Shown here piece by piece: positions 1 to 9,709 of a DNA stretch of 64,000 nt. Location of the stretch: positions 3,808,001 through 3,872,000 of the forward strand of contig OY762926.1 in the NCBI GenBank assembly GCA_963666735.1. Direction: 5' to 3'. Under the pieces are notes generated by a model. It was not told where the DNA came from, made no database searches, and saw only the letters and a program-made list of their open reading frames with translations. A program made the translations under genes and the position numbers. Numbering within the stretch: position 1 is the first letter of the stretch; each line of letters opens with the position of its first letter. This stretch comes from Gemmatimonadota bacterium (GTDB taxonomy: Bacteria; Gemmatimonadota; Gemmatimonadetes; Palauibacterales; Palauibacteraceae).

Positions 1-126
1 CGGTAGAGCCGCTCCCGGCAATATAACCGCTCCCCCGGAGACGATGCCCGACCGCGATCCGTCCCGGTCCGGCTCCGCTCCGCGGCGCACGCAAGCTTCC
101 GAGGCGCAAACCCCCGAGGAATACCG

Positions 127-594
127 ATGGCGATCGAGATAGAAAAGAGTTTCGATGTCCCGCAGACGGTGGACGAGGTCTGGAGTTTCCTGACGGATCC
201 CGAACGCATCGTCGAATGTTTGCCGGGCGCGACGCTCCTCGAAGCCGTCGACGAGCGGACGTACCGCGGCGAGATCGGGCTCAAGCTCGGCCCCATCGGG
301 ACCCGCTTCCTGGGCGAGATCCGTTTCGAGGAACTCGACGCGCAGCGCCATCACATGAAGATGACGGGGGAGGGACGGGACCGGCGGGGCAGCGGCAACG
401 TGAGAATGACGATGTTGAGCCAGCTGCGGTCTGTAGAAGAGGAAGGGGCCGCGGGCACCCGGATATGGGTGTCGCAGTCCATCGCGCTGACGGGACGGCT
501 TGCGTCGTTCGGGCGCGGCGGCGTGATTCAGTCGGTCTCGAATGTTATGTTCAACCGCTTCACGGGATGTGTGCGTGAGAAGCTGGCGCAGTGA
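127..594 (+). CDS. SRPBCC/CoxG-family protein (carbon monoxide dehydrogenase subunit G-like)
   Basis: 155 aa; 'VWSFLTDPERIVECLPGA' and 'LTGRLASFGRG' are typical of CoxG; GAGGA RBS upstream. Confidence 0.8.
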   Translation: MAIEIEKSFDVPQTVDEVWSFLTDPERIVECLPGATLLEAVDERTYRGEIGLKLGPIGTRFLGEIRFEELDAQRHHMKMTGEGRDRRGSGNVRMTMLSQLRSVEEEGAAGTRIWVSQSIALTGRLASFGRGGVIQSVSNVMFNRFTGCVREKLAQ

Positions 595-773
595 TCGGCC
601 AAGTGATCAGCGCGCGGATCGGCGCAGGAATCGGCGGCTTGCGACTTGCGCGCGGTGGCGGCTTGCATTAATCGACCTTGATACCCTTGTTTCGAAGTGA
701 TGCCGGTTTTGGTGTGTCGCACGGCCCTGTGATCCGTGCGCTTGTCTGTTGCACGAACGGTCCGAGGTATTCG

Positions 774-2564
774 ATGAGAAGCACGCGGAACATTCTCCCG
801 TGGGTGGCGGCCGGAGTCGCTGTCCTCTCCCTTCCGGCGGCGCCTCGGGCGCTCGAAGCGCAGACGAGCGACCTGACGATCCTTGTCGCTCCCGTCGCGG
901 CGACCGAGCCGGTCGACCGCCGTTTCGGGGAGCGCATCGCCGAGGAAATCCGGGACGCGCTCAGGATCTTCCCCGGCTACATTGCCATCGAACGCGATGA
1001 TGCCCGCGATCTGATCGACGATTTCGATCTCGATGAGAGAACGATGACCGCGATCGACTGGCGGCAGTTGGGGATGCAGATGGAGGCCACCCTCGTCATG
1101 GTTGGAACGGCGGTCATGGCCGACGGGGGTGTCGAAGTCGACATCACCTTCCTTGAGCCGCGCAGCGGGGACGAACTCCCGATGGAGGCGTTCGTCGTGA
1201 CGGACGACGACTCGCACGAAGAGGCGGCCTCCCAGATCATGGGACAGCTCGGGCGGGGCGTCGAGTATAGCCGTTCGCTCGCGTTCTGCGGCGATTACCT
1301 CGCCTCCGAACAGCCCATGGACGCGATCTCCAACTGCAACGCGGCCCTTGCGCTCAACCCGGGCAGCGACCGAGCGCACTATCTGCGCGGACGCGCGTAC
1401 ATGCTCAACGAGGCGTGGGGTGAGGCCGTCGCCGACCTGCAACGCGTCGTCGACAACAACGCGTCGAACGCCGAAGCCCTGGAGTCGCTCGCGTTCACGT
1501 ATGCGCAGCTGGGCGACGGCGCCGAGTCGCTTCGCTACTACCAGCAGTTTCTTGACTTCCGGCCGGACGATGTCGACACGCGGCTGCGGATCGCCTTCGA
1601 GCTTACGGAGGCTGGCCGCTGGGTCGAGACCGTGCAACTCCTCCAGGAGGGCGTGGAGCGCGCGCCGGACAACGTGGCCCTCCTCGAATACCTGACGGGC
1701 GCGGCGCTGCAGGCCGGACAGACCGGCGGAGAGGTCACCGACCCCGCCATGCTCCGGGTCGCCGTCGATGCTTCGGGCAAGCTCGTGGCGCTGCAGGGCG
1801 ACGCCGTGAACCCCTCGACGCTCTCCAACGCGACGAACGCGTACATGCTCCTCGAGGAGTACGACAACGCGCTCGACTTCTCGGAGCAGGCGCTCGAGTC
1901 GATTTCAGGTTCCGATGGCACCGGCGAAGGCGAAATGTCCCGCGAGGAATTGCTTGCCCGGGTCCACTCTTCACGCGCCACGATTTATGATCGGATGGAA
2001 GATCCGGCGGCGGGCGTGGCGGAGTTGGAGCAGGCGCTCGCGTACAGCCCGGACGTGCCGAACGGACGGCAGCGCCTCGCGGCGCTCAAGCTGAAGACGG
2101 GCGACATCGAAGGCGCGATCGCCGATTTCCGCGCCGCCGTGGCGAACGGGGCGGACGCGAACCAGATCGCGAACGCGATCTTCAGTCTGGCGTACTCGAA
2201 TCACTTCCAGGCCCAGTCCGGGGCGCTGTCCAACCCGGCCACGATCGATGTGCGTGAGGTCGCCACAGCGCTCGAACTGTTCGGCGTCGCCGCGGAATTG
2301 GTTACGGATCCGGCCGCGGCGGAGCAGATGCACTTCTTCATCGCGTTCGGATACTACCTGCAGGGAAGCGCCTACGATGGCCGCAACGAAGACGATGAGG
2401 CGTGCGCGCCCGCGCGCAACGCCCTGAACGCATTCCAGCGTGTGAGCACCCACTTGGCACAGGCGGGCAGTCACCAGGCCGGCAGCCAGCAGGAGATCCG
2501 CGAGGCGATCGATGTCCAGTTGTACCGCCAGGAGTCGATTATCGAGGCGTCCTGCAGCCGGTAA
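774..2564 (+). CDS. Secreted tetratricopeptide-repeat protein
   Basis: ATG at 774 after GAGG; signal peptide ending 'ALEA-Q'; several TPR-like units (e.g. 'AHYLRGRAY...AVADLQRVV', 'ALESLAFTYAQLGD...YQQFL'). Confidence 0.8.
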   Translation: MRSTRNILPWVAAGVAVLSLPAAPRALEAQTSDLTILVAPVAATEPVDRRFGERIAEEIRDALRIFPGYIAIERDDARDLIDDFDLDERTMTAIDWRQLGMQMEATLVMVGTAVMADGGVEVDITFLEPRSGDELPMEAFVVTDDDSHEEAASQIMGQLGRGVEYSRSLAFCGDYLASEQPMDAISNCNAALALNPGSDRAHYLRGRAYMLNEAWGEAVADLQRVVDNNASNAEALESLAFTYAQLGDGAESLRYYQQFLDFRPDDVDTRLRIAFELTEAGRWVETVQLLQEGVERAPDNVALLEYLTGAALQAGQTGGEVTDPAMLRVAVDASGKLVALQGDAVNPSTLSNATNAYMLLEEYDNALDFSEQALESISGSDGTGEGEMSREELLARVHSSRATIYDRMEDPAAGVAELEQALAYSPDVPNGRQRLAALKLKTGDIEGAIADFRAAVANGADANQIANAIFSLAYSNHFQAQSGALSNPATIDVREVATALELFGVAAELVTDPAAAEQMHFFIAFGYYLQGSAYDGRNEDDEACAPARNALNAFQRVSTHLAQAGSHQAGSQQEIREAIDVQLYRQESIIEASCSR

Positions 2565-2576
2565 TCTCCACGTGTG

Positions 2577-2612
2577 CCCGGCCCGCCTCGCTGCGGGCCG
2601 GGATCTTTTTTT
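2577..2612 (+). terminator. Rho-independent terminator
   Basis: 10-bp stem cccggcccgc/gcgggccggg, 6-nt loop, then ATC and T7 just after the TPR stop. Confidence 0.85.
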
Positions 2613-2622
2613 GTCCGTGGGA

Positions 2623-2710
2623 TGGGGTAAAATGGGGAGAAAAGGGGTTGACACCCATCACTAGGGCGCATAAGGTGGGATCCGGTGGGTGGAAACGGGT
2701 CGTTCTGGGA
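2623..2710 (+). promoter_or_regulatory. dcw promoter with MraZ-type binding boxes
   Basis: TTGACA (2648-2653), 17 bp, TAAGGT (2671-2676); (T/C)GGG boxes exactly 10 bp apart at 2676, 2686, 2696, 2706; GGGG runs 10 bp apart at 2624, 2634, 2644. Confidence 0.75.
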
Positions 2711-2742
2711 GGGACACCCTCGACGAATGTCGAAGGCACAAT

Positions 2743-3174
2743 TTGCCAGGCTTTCTGGGGAGTTATCGACATCAACTCGACTCGCAGGGTCGGGTCAGCC
2801 TGCCGGCGCCTTTTCGAAGGGGCCGGGAACGGGAGCCGTTCGTCCTCCTCAAGACGCAACCCGACGCGCTGTCGCTCTATCCGGAAGATGCCTGGGCGGG
2901 AGTACAGGACGAACTCCGGGAGATGTCGAGACGGGAACCGCGTTTTCGCCCCCAGGTGCTTCGCGTCACGGCGGACGCCGTTCAGGTCTCGCCGGACGCT
3001 CAGGGCAGGATCCTGATACCGGAGAGGATGAGGAAGGCGATCGCGCTCGGAAGTGAAGCGCTGGTCGTGGGCGCGATCAACCACGTCCAGATCTGGCATC
3101 CGGAGACGTTCGAGAGCGTGACGAGTGCCACGGACGAGGACTTCGATCGATTGATGGAGACGGTGTTCGCCTGA
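2743..3174 (+). CDS. mraZ: Transcriptional regulator MraZ
   Basis: 'FLGSYRHQLDSQGRVSLPAPFR' and 'DAQGRILIP' (two DxxGR motifs); first gene of dcw; TTG start inferred. Confidence 0.92.
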   Translation: MPGFLGSYRHQLDSQGRVSLPAPFRRGREREPFVLLKTQPDALSLYPEDAWAGVQDELREMSRREPRFRPQVLRVTADAVQVSPDAQGRILIPERMRKAIALGSEALVVGAINHVQIWHPETFESVTSATDEDFDRLMETVFA

Positions 3175-3223
3175 TGGGGTTTCCGATCGCCGCACGGTGG
3201 GGGGAGTCGAGGAAGCCGACGGA

Positions 3224-4186
3224 GTGACAGAGGAGACGTTTCAGCACGCGCCGGTCATGCCGGATGAGATGCTGCAGTGGCTTCGCCCGGAGTGCGGAGG
3301 CGTTTTCCTGGATGCGACGGTCGGCGGTGCGGGGCATGCGATCCAGTTGCTGGAGGCTGGATCGGCCGTGCGCGTGATCGGGATCGATCAGGATGCGGAG
3401 GCGATCGAGGCCGCGAAGAGGCGGCTCGCCTCGGCGGGCGAACGGGTGAAGCTGATACAGGCGAACTTCAGGGACGTGGCCCGTCCGGAGTTCGCCGCCG
3501 AGATGGACGGTCTGGCGGGAGCCCTGATGGACCTGGGCGTCTCGTCGCACCAGATCGATACCAGGAAGCGCGGTTTTTCGTTCCGTCCGGGCACGCCGTT
3601 GGGCATGCGGATGGACGAGAGGGCGCGCGAGACAGGGTCCGCGGCCGAGCTGTTGAATCGGGCGGACGAACGCAAGTTGGGCCGGGTCTTCCGTGATGGG
3701 GAAGAGCGTAGGTGGCGGACGCTCTCACGTGAGGTGGTGCGGAGGAGGGAGATCCGGCCCTTCAGCACGAGCGACGACCTCGTGGCCGTGTTGTCGGCGG
3801 TGCTGGGTCGTTCGGCGCAGGAAAAAGAGAAAGCCAGGCTGTTCCAGGCTTTGCGGATCGCGGTCAACGACGAGTTGGCCGCGCTGAGCGAGGGGCTCGA
3901 AGGGATACGGGGCCGGCTCGCTCCCGGCGGGCGGTTGGCGGTGCTTTCGTACCACTCGCTGGAGGACCGGCTGGTGAAGCACGCGTTTCGAGACTGGTCC
4001 GCCGACTGCCGCTGCCCTCCGGGTCTCCCGGAGTGCCGGTGTCGGGGAAGGTCGCTGGGGCGGACGCTGACGCGCAGGCCCCTGCGCCCCTCGGACGAGG
4101 AGGTCGCCCGGAATCCGCGGGCGCGCAGCGCGCGGCTCCGGGTCTGGGAGAAGCGCGAGACCGACGGGCAGGCGGGCGGCGCATGA
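3224..4186 (+). CDS. rsmH: 16S rRNA m4C1402 methyltransferase
   Basis: 'HAPVM', 'DATVGGAGH', 'DLGVSSHQID', 'FQALRIAVNDEL', 'SYHSLEDRLVK', 'NPRARSARLR'. Confidence 0.95.
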   Translation: MTEETFQHAPVMPDEMLQWLRPECGGVFLDATVGGAGHAIQLLEAGSAVRVIGIDQDAEAIEAAKRRLASAGERVKLIQANFRDVARPEFAAEMDGLAGALMDLGVSSHQIDTRKRGFSFRPGTPLGMRMDERARETGSAAELLNRADERKLGRVFRDGEERRWRTLSREVVRRREIRPFSTSDDLVAVLSAVLGRSAQEKEKARLFQALRIAVNDELAALSEGLEGIRGRLAPGGRLAVLSYHSLEDRLVKHAFRDWSADCRCPPGLPECRCRGRSLGRTLTRRPLRPSDEEVARNPRARSARLRVWEKRETDGQAGGA

Positions 4187-4506
4187 ACCACGGGAGCGGG
4201 AGCGTACGGAGGATTCGTCGCAGAACCCTGCTGCGGTGGATGATGGCCGGAGTGGCCGTCATCGCGCTGGCCGCTTCGTTGGTGAGCGTGGTCCGCCGGG
4301 GCGAGGAAGGGCGGAGGTTGATGGCAGAGCTTCGAGGACTCGAAGCGCAGGATCGGGTCGTCACGGACCGGATCGACGCGGCGCGGACGCGGGTCGATTC
4401 ACTCGCGGCGCCGGCGCGGATCGAACGCGTGGCGGAGGTGCTCGGGCTGCGGCGGGCGGGGGAAGAGCAACTGCTGCAGGTCGACGCCGGATACCTGGTC
4501 GGATGA
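4183..4506 (+). CDS. ftsL: Cell division protein FtsL-like
   Basis: Short basic N-terminus, one TM helix, coiled coil and 'LAAPARIERVAEVLGL'; located between rsmH and ftsI. Confidence 0.75.
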   Translation: MNHGSGSVRRIRRRTLLRWMMAGVAVIALAASLVSVVRRGEEGRRLMAELRGLEAQDRVVTDRIDAARTRVDSLAAPARIERVAEVLGLRRAGEEQLLQVDAGYLVG

Positions 4507-4560
4507 AGATGAAGAGGGGGATGAAACGGGGATGGACGTCTCCGGGCGGGGAGGGGACAG

Positions 4561-6585
4561 GTGACGCGTTTCGGCATTCACGGCACGACGCAGATCGAGG
4601 GCGTGGCGGGCGATGCGGAGGAAGCGGCGATCGCACGCACGCATCGCATCCGGCATCGGACGTTGGGTATCGCGTTCACTCTCGTGGCGCTGGCGTATGC
4701 CGGGCGTCTGGGAGACCTCCAGATCCTCGAGAGCGAGGCGCATCGCGCGAGGCAGGTCGCGCAGAGCGCGGAGTGGGAGCTGCTGCCCGCGGTGCGCGGG
4801 CGGATTCTGGATCGTCGCGGCCGCGTCCTGGCGGCGCCGGACACGCGATACCAGGTGTTTCTCGCCGTAGACGAACTGCGCGTCGACCGGGCCGAGGCCA
4901 TCGAAACCGTCGCCTCGGTCGTGCCGGTGGCGCCGGAGCGCCGGAGCGCCATCGCGGAAGCCTCGGGAGGCTGGTCTCTCGTCGCGAGCGACGTGAGCGA
5001 CGAGGAGCGCGTGCGGCTGCAGCGGACGATCGGCCAGGGGGTCTACTTCGAGAGCCGGTCCGCGAGAGAATACCCCCGCAGCATGGGCCGCCGTCTCATC
5101 GGCGCCGTCGGGGCCGACGGCCAGGGCGGAACGGGCCTCGAGGCCGATCTCGACGCTTGGCTGGTCGGGCAGCCCGGCCGCGCGGAGGTTCGGCTCGATG
5201 GCCATCGCAACGCGTACCGTCCGCCCGGAGGACAGGTCATCGAGGCGGTGCCCGGCCACGACGTCGTGCTCACGCTCGACGCCGAACTGCAGCGGATTGC
5301 GGAGAACGAACTCTCGCGAGCGCTCGCGAAGACGGGGGCGATGGGGGGCGACATCGTCCTCCTCGACCCGCGTACCGGCGAAATCCTCGCGCTGGCGAGC
5401 GAGCGCACGGACGGTGCGGTCGACCGGATCTCGGGCCTCACCGATCCGTACGAGCCGGGCTCCACGCTGAAGCCGTTCCTTCTCGCATCCCTCCTCAGCG
5501 AGGGTGTCGTCGACCTGGACGAAATCGTGGACGTGGAGGGCGGCAGGCTGCGAATGGGCGCCAGAGTGATCACCGACGTTCACGGCTACGACACGCTCAG
5601 CGTACGGAGCGTCATCTCCAGGTCGAGCAACGTGGGGGCCGCGAAGCTGTCCACGCGCCTGACGCCCGCCGTCCAGCACCGCTATCTGCGTGACTTCGGT
5701 TTCGGCATTCGGACGCAACTGGGGTACCTCGCCGAATCGCCGGGGCGCCTCAGCCGGCCGGAGTCGTGGACCTTGCTCAGCCCGGCTTCGCACGCGATCG
5801 GGTACGAGATCTCCGCTACATCCCTGCAGCTGGCCCTCGCCTACGGCGCCCTCGCGAACGGCGGCGTGCTGATGCGGCCGCGTCTGGTCCGAGAGATACG
5901 GGATCCGTCCGGGCGCGTGGTGCAGCGCTTCGACCCCAGTCCGGTGCGGCGCGTCATATCCGAGGACGTGGCGGAGGCGGTGCGCGGCGTGCTGGAGGAG
6001 GTCGTCCGGGAGGGAACCGGAACGCTGGCGGGCATGGCGCGGTTCGCAGTCGCCGGAAAGACCGGGACGGCCCGCCTCGCCGTGGGCGGCCGCTACGCAC
6101 CCGGACGCTACCGTGCCTCCTTCGTCGGCTTCGCACCGGCGGATGACCCCCGAATCGTCATCCTCACCCGACTCGAAGACCCGAAGGGAGGGGTCTACTA
6201 CGGGGGCGCGATTGCGGCGCCGACCAGCCAGGCGACCCTCAAGGCGGCGCTCGCGGCCGACGGCGTCCAGGTGGATCCGCGTCTCGTCGTTTCCGACGCG
6301 CGTCCCCGGCCGTGGTCCGGCGGAGCTGCGGCCGGCACGCCGGAAGGCACCGTCATCTTCGCTTCCAGCGGAATAGGTGCCGCCAGTGCGGCCAACCCGA
6401 CCGACGCGAGCGGTAGAGGCCTCGTCGCGCTGCCGGACCTGGCGGGACTGCCCGCGCGCGCGGCCGCCGCGCGCCTGCACGCGCTCGGCCTCCGCGTGGA
6501 ATGGCGCGGACAGGGGAGAGTTGCGGGACAAAGCCCTGCGCCCGGGAGCGAGTTGGGCCGGGGTGCAACGGTCGTTCTGAGATAG
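4561..6585 (+). CDS. ftsI: Class B penicillin-binding protein with C-terminal PASTA domain
   Basis: 'RGRILDRRG', SxxK 'EPGSTLK', SxN 'SSN', 'KTGT'; PASTA-like tail 'LPDLAGL...QSPAPG'. Confidence 0.92.
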   Translation: MTRFGIHGTTQIEGVAGDAEEAAIARTHRIRHRTLGIAFTLVALAYAGRLGDLQILESEAHRARQVAQSAEWELLPAVRGRILDRRGRVLAAPDTRYQVFLAVDELRVDRAEAIETVASVVPVAPERRSAIAEASGGWSLVASDVSDEERVRLQRTIGQGVYFESRSAREYPRSMGRRLIGAVGADGQGGTGLEADLDAWLVGQPGRAEVRLDGHRNAYRPPGGQVIEAVPGHDVVLTLDAELQRIAENELSRALAKTGAMGGDIVLLDPRTGEILALASERTDGAVDRISGLTDPYEPGSTLKPFLLASLLSEGVVDLDEIVDVEGGRLRMGARVITDVHGYDTLSVRSVISRSSNVGAAKLSTRLTPAVQHRYLRDFGFGIRTQLGYLAESPGRLSRPESWTLLSPASHAIGYEISATSLQLALAYGALANGGVLMRPRLVREIRDPSGRVVQRFDPSPVRRVISEDVAEAVRGVLEEVVREGTGTLAGMARFAVAGKTGTARLAVGGRYAPGRYRASFVGFAPADDPRIVILTRLEDPKGGVYYGGAIAAPTSQATLKAALAADGVQVDPRLVVSDARPRPWSGGAAAGTPEGTVIFASSGIGAASAANPTDASGRGLVALPDLAGLPARAAAARLHALGLRVEWRGQGRVAGQSPAPGSELGRGATVVLR

Positions 6586-6776
6586 CCGAGCGAACCCGGC
6601 GCGATGGATTCTGCGATGGATTTCGAGATGGACGAGCGAACGGAGGCGGGTCTCGGGAATACAAGACTGGAGGGAGGATAACCGCGGGCGCGGCCGTGAG
6701 GTCGCGGGGTGGCGGTGACCGGGGTTCCGGGCAACCGGGACATAGTCGCGCCCGCGCCGTCAACGACCGGTCGATC

Positions 6777-8318
6777 ATGGATCCGAGCCCGATGTGTCGG
6801 AATTTGCCGCAGCAGACAACGACGAACGGACAGGTGGAGCGCAGGCTTGACGAAGCGGGCCTCGATCCACGGTGGAGTGGGGCTCCTCCCGAGGAGTTCC
6901 CCGCGTTGCGTTCGGACTCCCGCCTGATCGGCGCCGGCGACCTCTTCTGCGCGATTCCGGGGACGCGGGTCGACGGCCACGCGTTCGTCAAAGCCGCCGG
7001 GCGTGCCGGGGCCGCCGCCGCCGTCGTCGAGCGCGTCACCGATGTTGACCTCCCGCAATTGGCCGTCCGCGACGCTCGGGTGGCCGTATCTCATCTCGCC
7101 GCACTCTTTGCGGGCGACCCGGGCGAAGCGCTCCGCCTCGTCGGCATCACGGGCACCAACGGGAAGTCGACGACCTGCTGGCTCACGCGCTGGATCCTGG
7201 AGGATGTGGGGCCCGCCGCGGCATTGGGCACGCTGGGCACCGTATCCGTCGACGGTACGGTCGGAGCGCCCGGGCTGACGACGCCCGATCCGATCGACCT
7301 GGCCCTCGAACTCGCCGCCGTGCGGGCGAGCGGTGCCGAGGCGGCGGTCCTCGAGGTTTCGTCGCACGCGCTCGACCAGCGCCGGGCGGACGGTTTCTCG
7401 TTCGACGCCGTGGGGTTCACGAGCTTCAGTCGCGAGCACCTGGAATACCATCCGGATCTCGAGGCGTATCGGCAGGCCAAGCTGCGCCTGCTCGAATTGC
7501 TGGCGCCGGGCGGCGTCTGCGCGGTGAACGACGATGAGCCGGCCTGGAAGGAGATCGCGCCGCAGAACGCCACAACGATCCGCTACGGCTTCGAGTCGAC
7601 GGCCGACCTGTGGCCGGATCGACTCGACCTCTACGCGGGAGGGGCGCGCTTCATGCTGCGAGCGCCGGGCGAGGCGGCCGCCGTGGCGCTTCCGCTTCCC
7701 GCCGAATTCAACGTGCGGAACGCACTCGCGGCCGCCGCCATCGCCCGGGGCTTCGGCATGTCGCTCGAACGGATCGCCGCGCGACTGTCCGCGGCGCCTG
7801 CGGTGCCCGGACGCATGGAGGTGCTCTCGCGAGAGCCGGTCCTGGTCGTCCGCGATTTCGCGCACAACCCGGATTCGTGCGAGCGGGCGCTCTCCTCGTT
7901 GCGGGAGATCGTGCCGGGCCGGGTCATCGCCCTCCTCGGCTGCGGCGGCGACCGGGACCCCGGCAAGCGGCCGCGGATGGGGAGCATCCTGGTCCGCCTG
8001 GCGGATGTGGCGATCGTCACGAGCGACAATCCCCGGTCGGAAGATCCATCGGAGATTTGCCGTCAGATGGTCGTCGGGCTCCCGCCGGACAGCTACGAGA
8101 TCGTCGTCGACCGACGAGAGGCGATCGCGCGGGGACTCGCCGAGGCCGGCCCGGCCGACGCGGTCGCGCTCCTCGGCAAGGGGCACGAGACCTACCAGAT
8201 CATCGGCGGAGAGCGCCTGCCTTTCGACGAGCGGCGGATCGTGGAGGATCTCCTCCCGGTATCTCCCGGCGAGCCCGGCCTCCCCGGCGCGTCCGAACTC
8301 CCCGGAGGGACCGCGTGA
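6777..8318 (+). CDS. murE: UDP-MurNAc-tripeptide synthetase (meso-DAP type)
   Basis: 'GITGTNGKSTT', 'EVSSHAL', 'GCGGDRD', 'SDNPR' DAP-specificity motif; start uncertain. Confidence 0.93.
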   Translation: MDPSPMCRNLPQQTTTNGQVERRLDEAGLDPRWSGAPPEEFPALRSDSRLIGAGDLFCAIPGTRVDGHAFVKAAGRAGAAAAVVERVTDVDLPQLAVRDARVAVSHLAALFAGDPGEALRLVGITGTNGKSTTCWLTRWILEDVGPAAALGTLGTVSVDGTVGAPGLTTPDPIDLALELAAVRASGAEAAVLEVSSHALDQRRADGFSFDAVGFTSFSREHLEYHPDLEAYRQAKLRLLELLAPGGVCAVNDDEPAWKEIAPQNATTIRYGFESTADLWPDRLDLYAGGARFMLRAPGEAAAVALPLPAEFNVRNALAAAAIARGFGMSLERIAARLSAAPAVPGRMEVLSREPVLVVRDFAHNPDSCERALSSLREIVPGRVIALLGCGGDRDPGKRPRMGSILVRLADVAIVTSDNPRSEDPSEICRQMVVGLPPDSYEIVVDRREAIARGLAEAGPADAVALLGKGHETYQIIGGERLPFDERRIVEDLLPVSPGEPGLPGASELPGGTA

Positions 8319-9709
8319 TGGCGGCCACGCAGGCTCCGGCGCTGCGCTCGGGCTGGATTCGGGCCGCGCTCCGCCTGGACGGCGACAGCCCGGGAAGCAC
8401 CGGGATGGGACAGCGGACGTACGCCGGCGTGTCGTGCGACTCGAGGACGCTGAGGCCCGGCGAGTTGTTCGTGGCGCTCGCGGGGGCACGGCACGATGCC
8501 GCCGATTTCCTCCCCCAGGCGGCGGCCCGGGGGGCGCCGGGGGCGATTGTTCGCGCCGGGCGCGAAGATCCCGCGCTGGGGCTGGAGTACTTCGCCGTCG
8601 CCGACCCTCTGAGGGCCCTTGGCGACCTCGCGGCCCGGGCCCGGCGCGAGTCCGGCGCCGCGGTCGTGGCGATCACGGGCAGCTCGGGCAAGACGACCGT
8701 CAAGGAGATGATCGCCCGCGCCCTCTCCGAATCCCGTCGCGTGTACCGCACCGAAGGGAACTACAACAGCCAGGTCGGGCTCCCGCTCACGATCCTGCGC
8801 GCGCCTCCCGACGCGGACGCCTGGGTCCTCGAGGTGGGAGCGAGCGAGCCCGGGGAGATCGCCCGGTTGGCGGAGATCGCCCGGCCCGATCACGTCGTCA
8901 TCACGACGGTCGGCGCCGCGCACCTCGAGTGTTTCGGGGATGTGGAGGGGGTGCTGCGGGAAAAGATGGCGCTGGCGCACGGCGCCTCGGACGGCGGCGT
9001 GCTCGTGGTGGGAGAGCAGCCGGCCAGCCTCGCGGAGGCCGCCCGGGCCCACCGGTCAGACGCGATCGTGGCGGGCTTCGGACCCCGGGCCGGCTTCGCG
9101 CCCGAGGCGTACACGGTCGAAGCGGACCGGATCGAGTTCCGCCGCGGCGGCACCAGCTTCGCGCTGGATGTGGGCGGCGAGCATCACCTGCGAGACGCGC
9201 TGATCGCGGCGGCGCTGGCGGAATCGCTGGGCGTGCCGTCCGGCGCGGCGGCCCGCGGACTGTCGGACTACGAACCGCTCGGCCTGCGCGGCGCGCTGCG
9301 GCGCATCGGGCGCCTGACGGTGCTGGCCGACTGCTACAACGCCAACCCGGATTCGTTTCGCGCGGCGATCGCCCAGACCCGCGACCTGCTGCCGGGACGC
9401 CGGCGCGCCGTGTTCGCGGGCTCGATGCTCGAACTCGGCCCCCAGGAGGCGAAGGCGCACCGGGAGATCGGCGACGAGATGCGTGTGGCGGGGTTCGACA
9501 TCATCGCCGCCACGGGCCTTTTCTGCGACGCGCCCTTCGATGGCGTGCACGGTCATGCCCTGATCCGGGCGGAGGACCCCGCAGCGGCCGTGCGACCGTT
9601 CGCGGACGCTCTGGAGGGCGATGAAGTCGTGCTCGTGAAGGGTTCGCGCGGCGTCCGGCTCGAGCGCGTCATCGACGAACTGGAAGCCCGTTTCGGAGAG
9701 GGCGCCTGA
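8318..9709 (+). CDS. murF: UDP-MurNAc-pentapeptide synthetase
   Basis: 'ITGSSGKTTVKEM', 'GNYNSQVGLP', 'DCYNANP', 'KGSRG'; TGATG overlap with murE. Confidence 0.93.
   Translation: MAATQAPALRSGWIRAALRLDGDSPGSTGMGQRTYAGVSCDSRTLRPGELFVALAGARHDAADFLPQAAARGAPGAIVRAGREDPALGLEYFAVADPLRALGDLAARARRESGAAVVAITGSSGKTTVKEMIARALSESRRVYRTEGNYNSQVGLPLTILRAPPDADAWVLEVGASEPGEIARLAEIARPDHVVITTVGAAHLECFGDVEGVLREKMALAHGASDGGVLVVGEQPASLAEAARAHRSDAIVAGFGPRAGFAPEAYTVEADRIEFRRGGTSFALDVGGEHHLRDALIAAALAESLGVPSGAAARGLSDYEPLGLRGALRRIGRLTVLADCYNANPDSFRAAIAQTRDLLPGRRRAVFAGSMLELGPQEAKAHREIGDEMRVAGFDIIAATGLFCDAPFDGVHGHALIRAEDPAAAVRPFADALEGDEVVLVKGSRGVRLERVIDELEARFGEGA

Noticed and set aside
6586..6776. Gap between ftsI and murE with degenerate 12-bp repeats (gcgatggattct) as an sRNA or riboswitch
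   Set aside because: No recognisable family or strong structure; the murE start is uncertain, so part may be coding.
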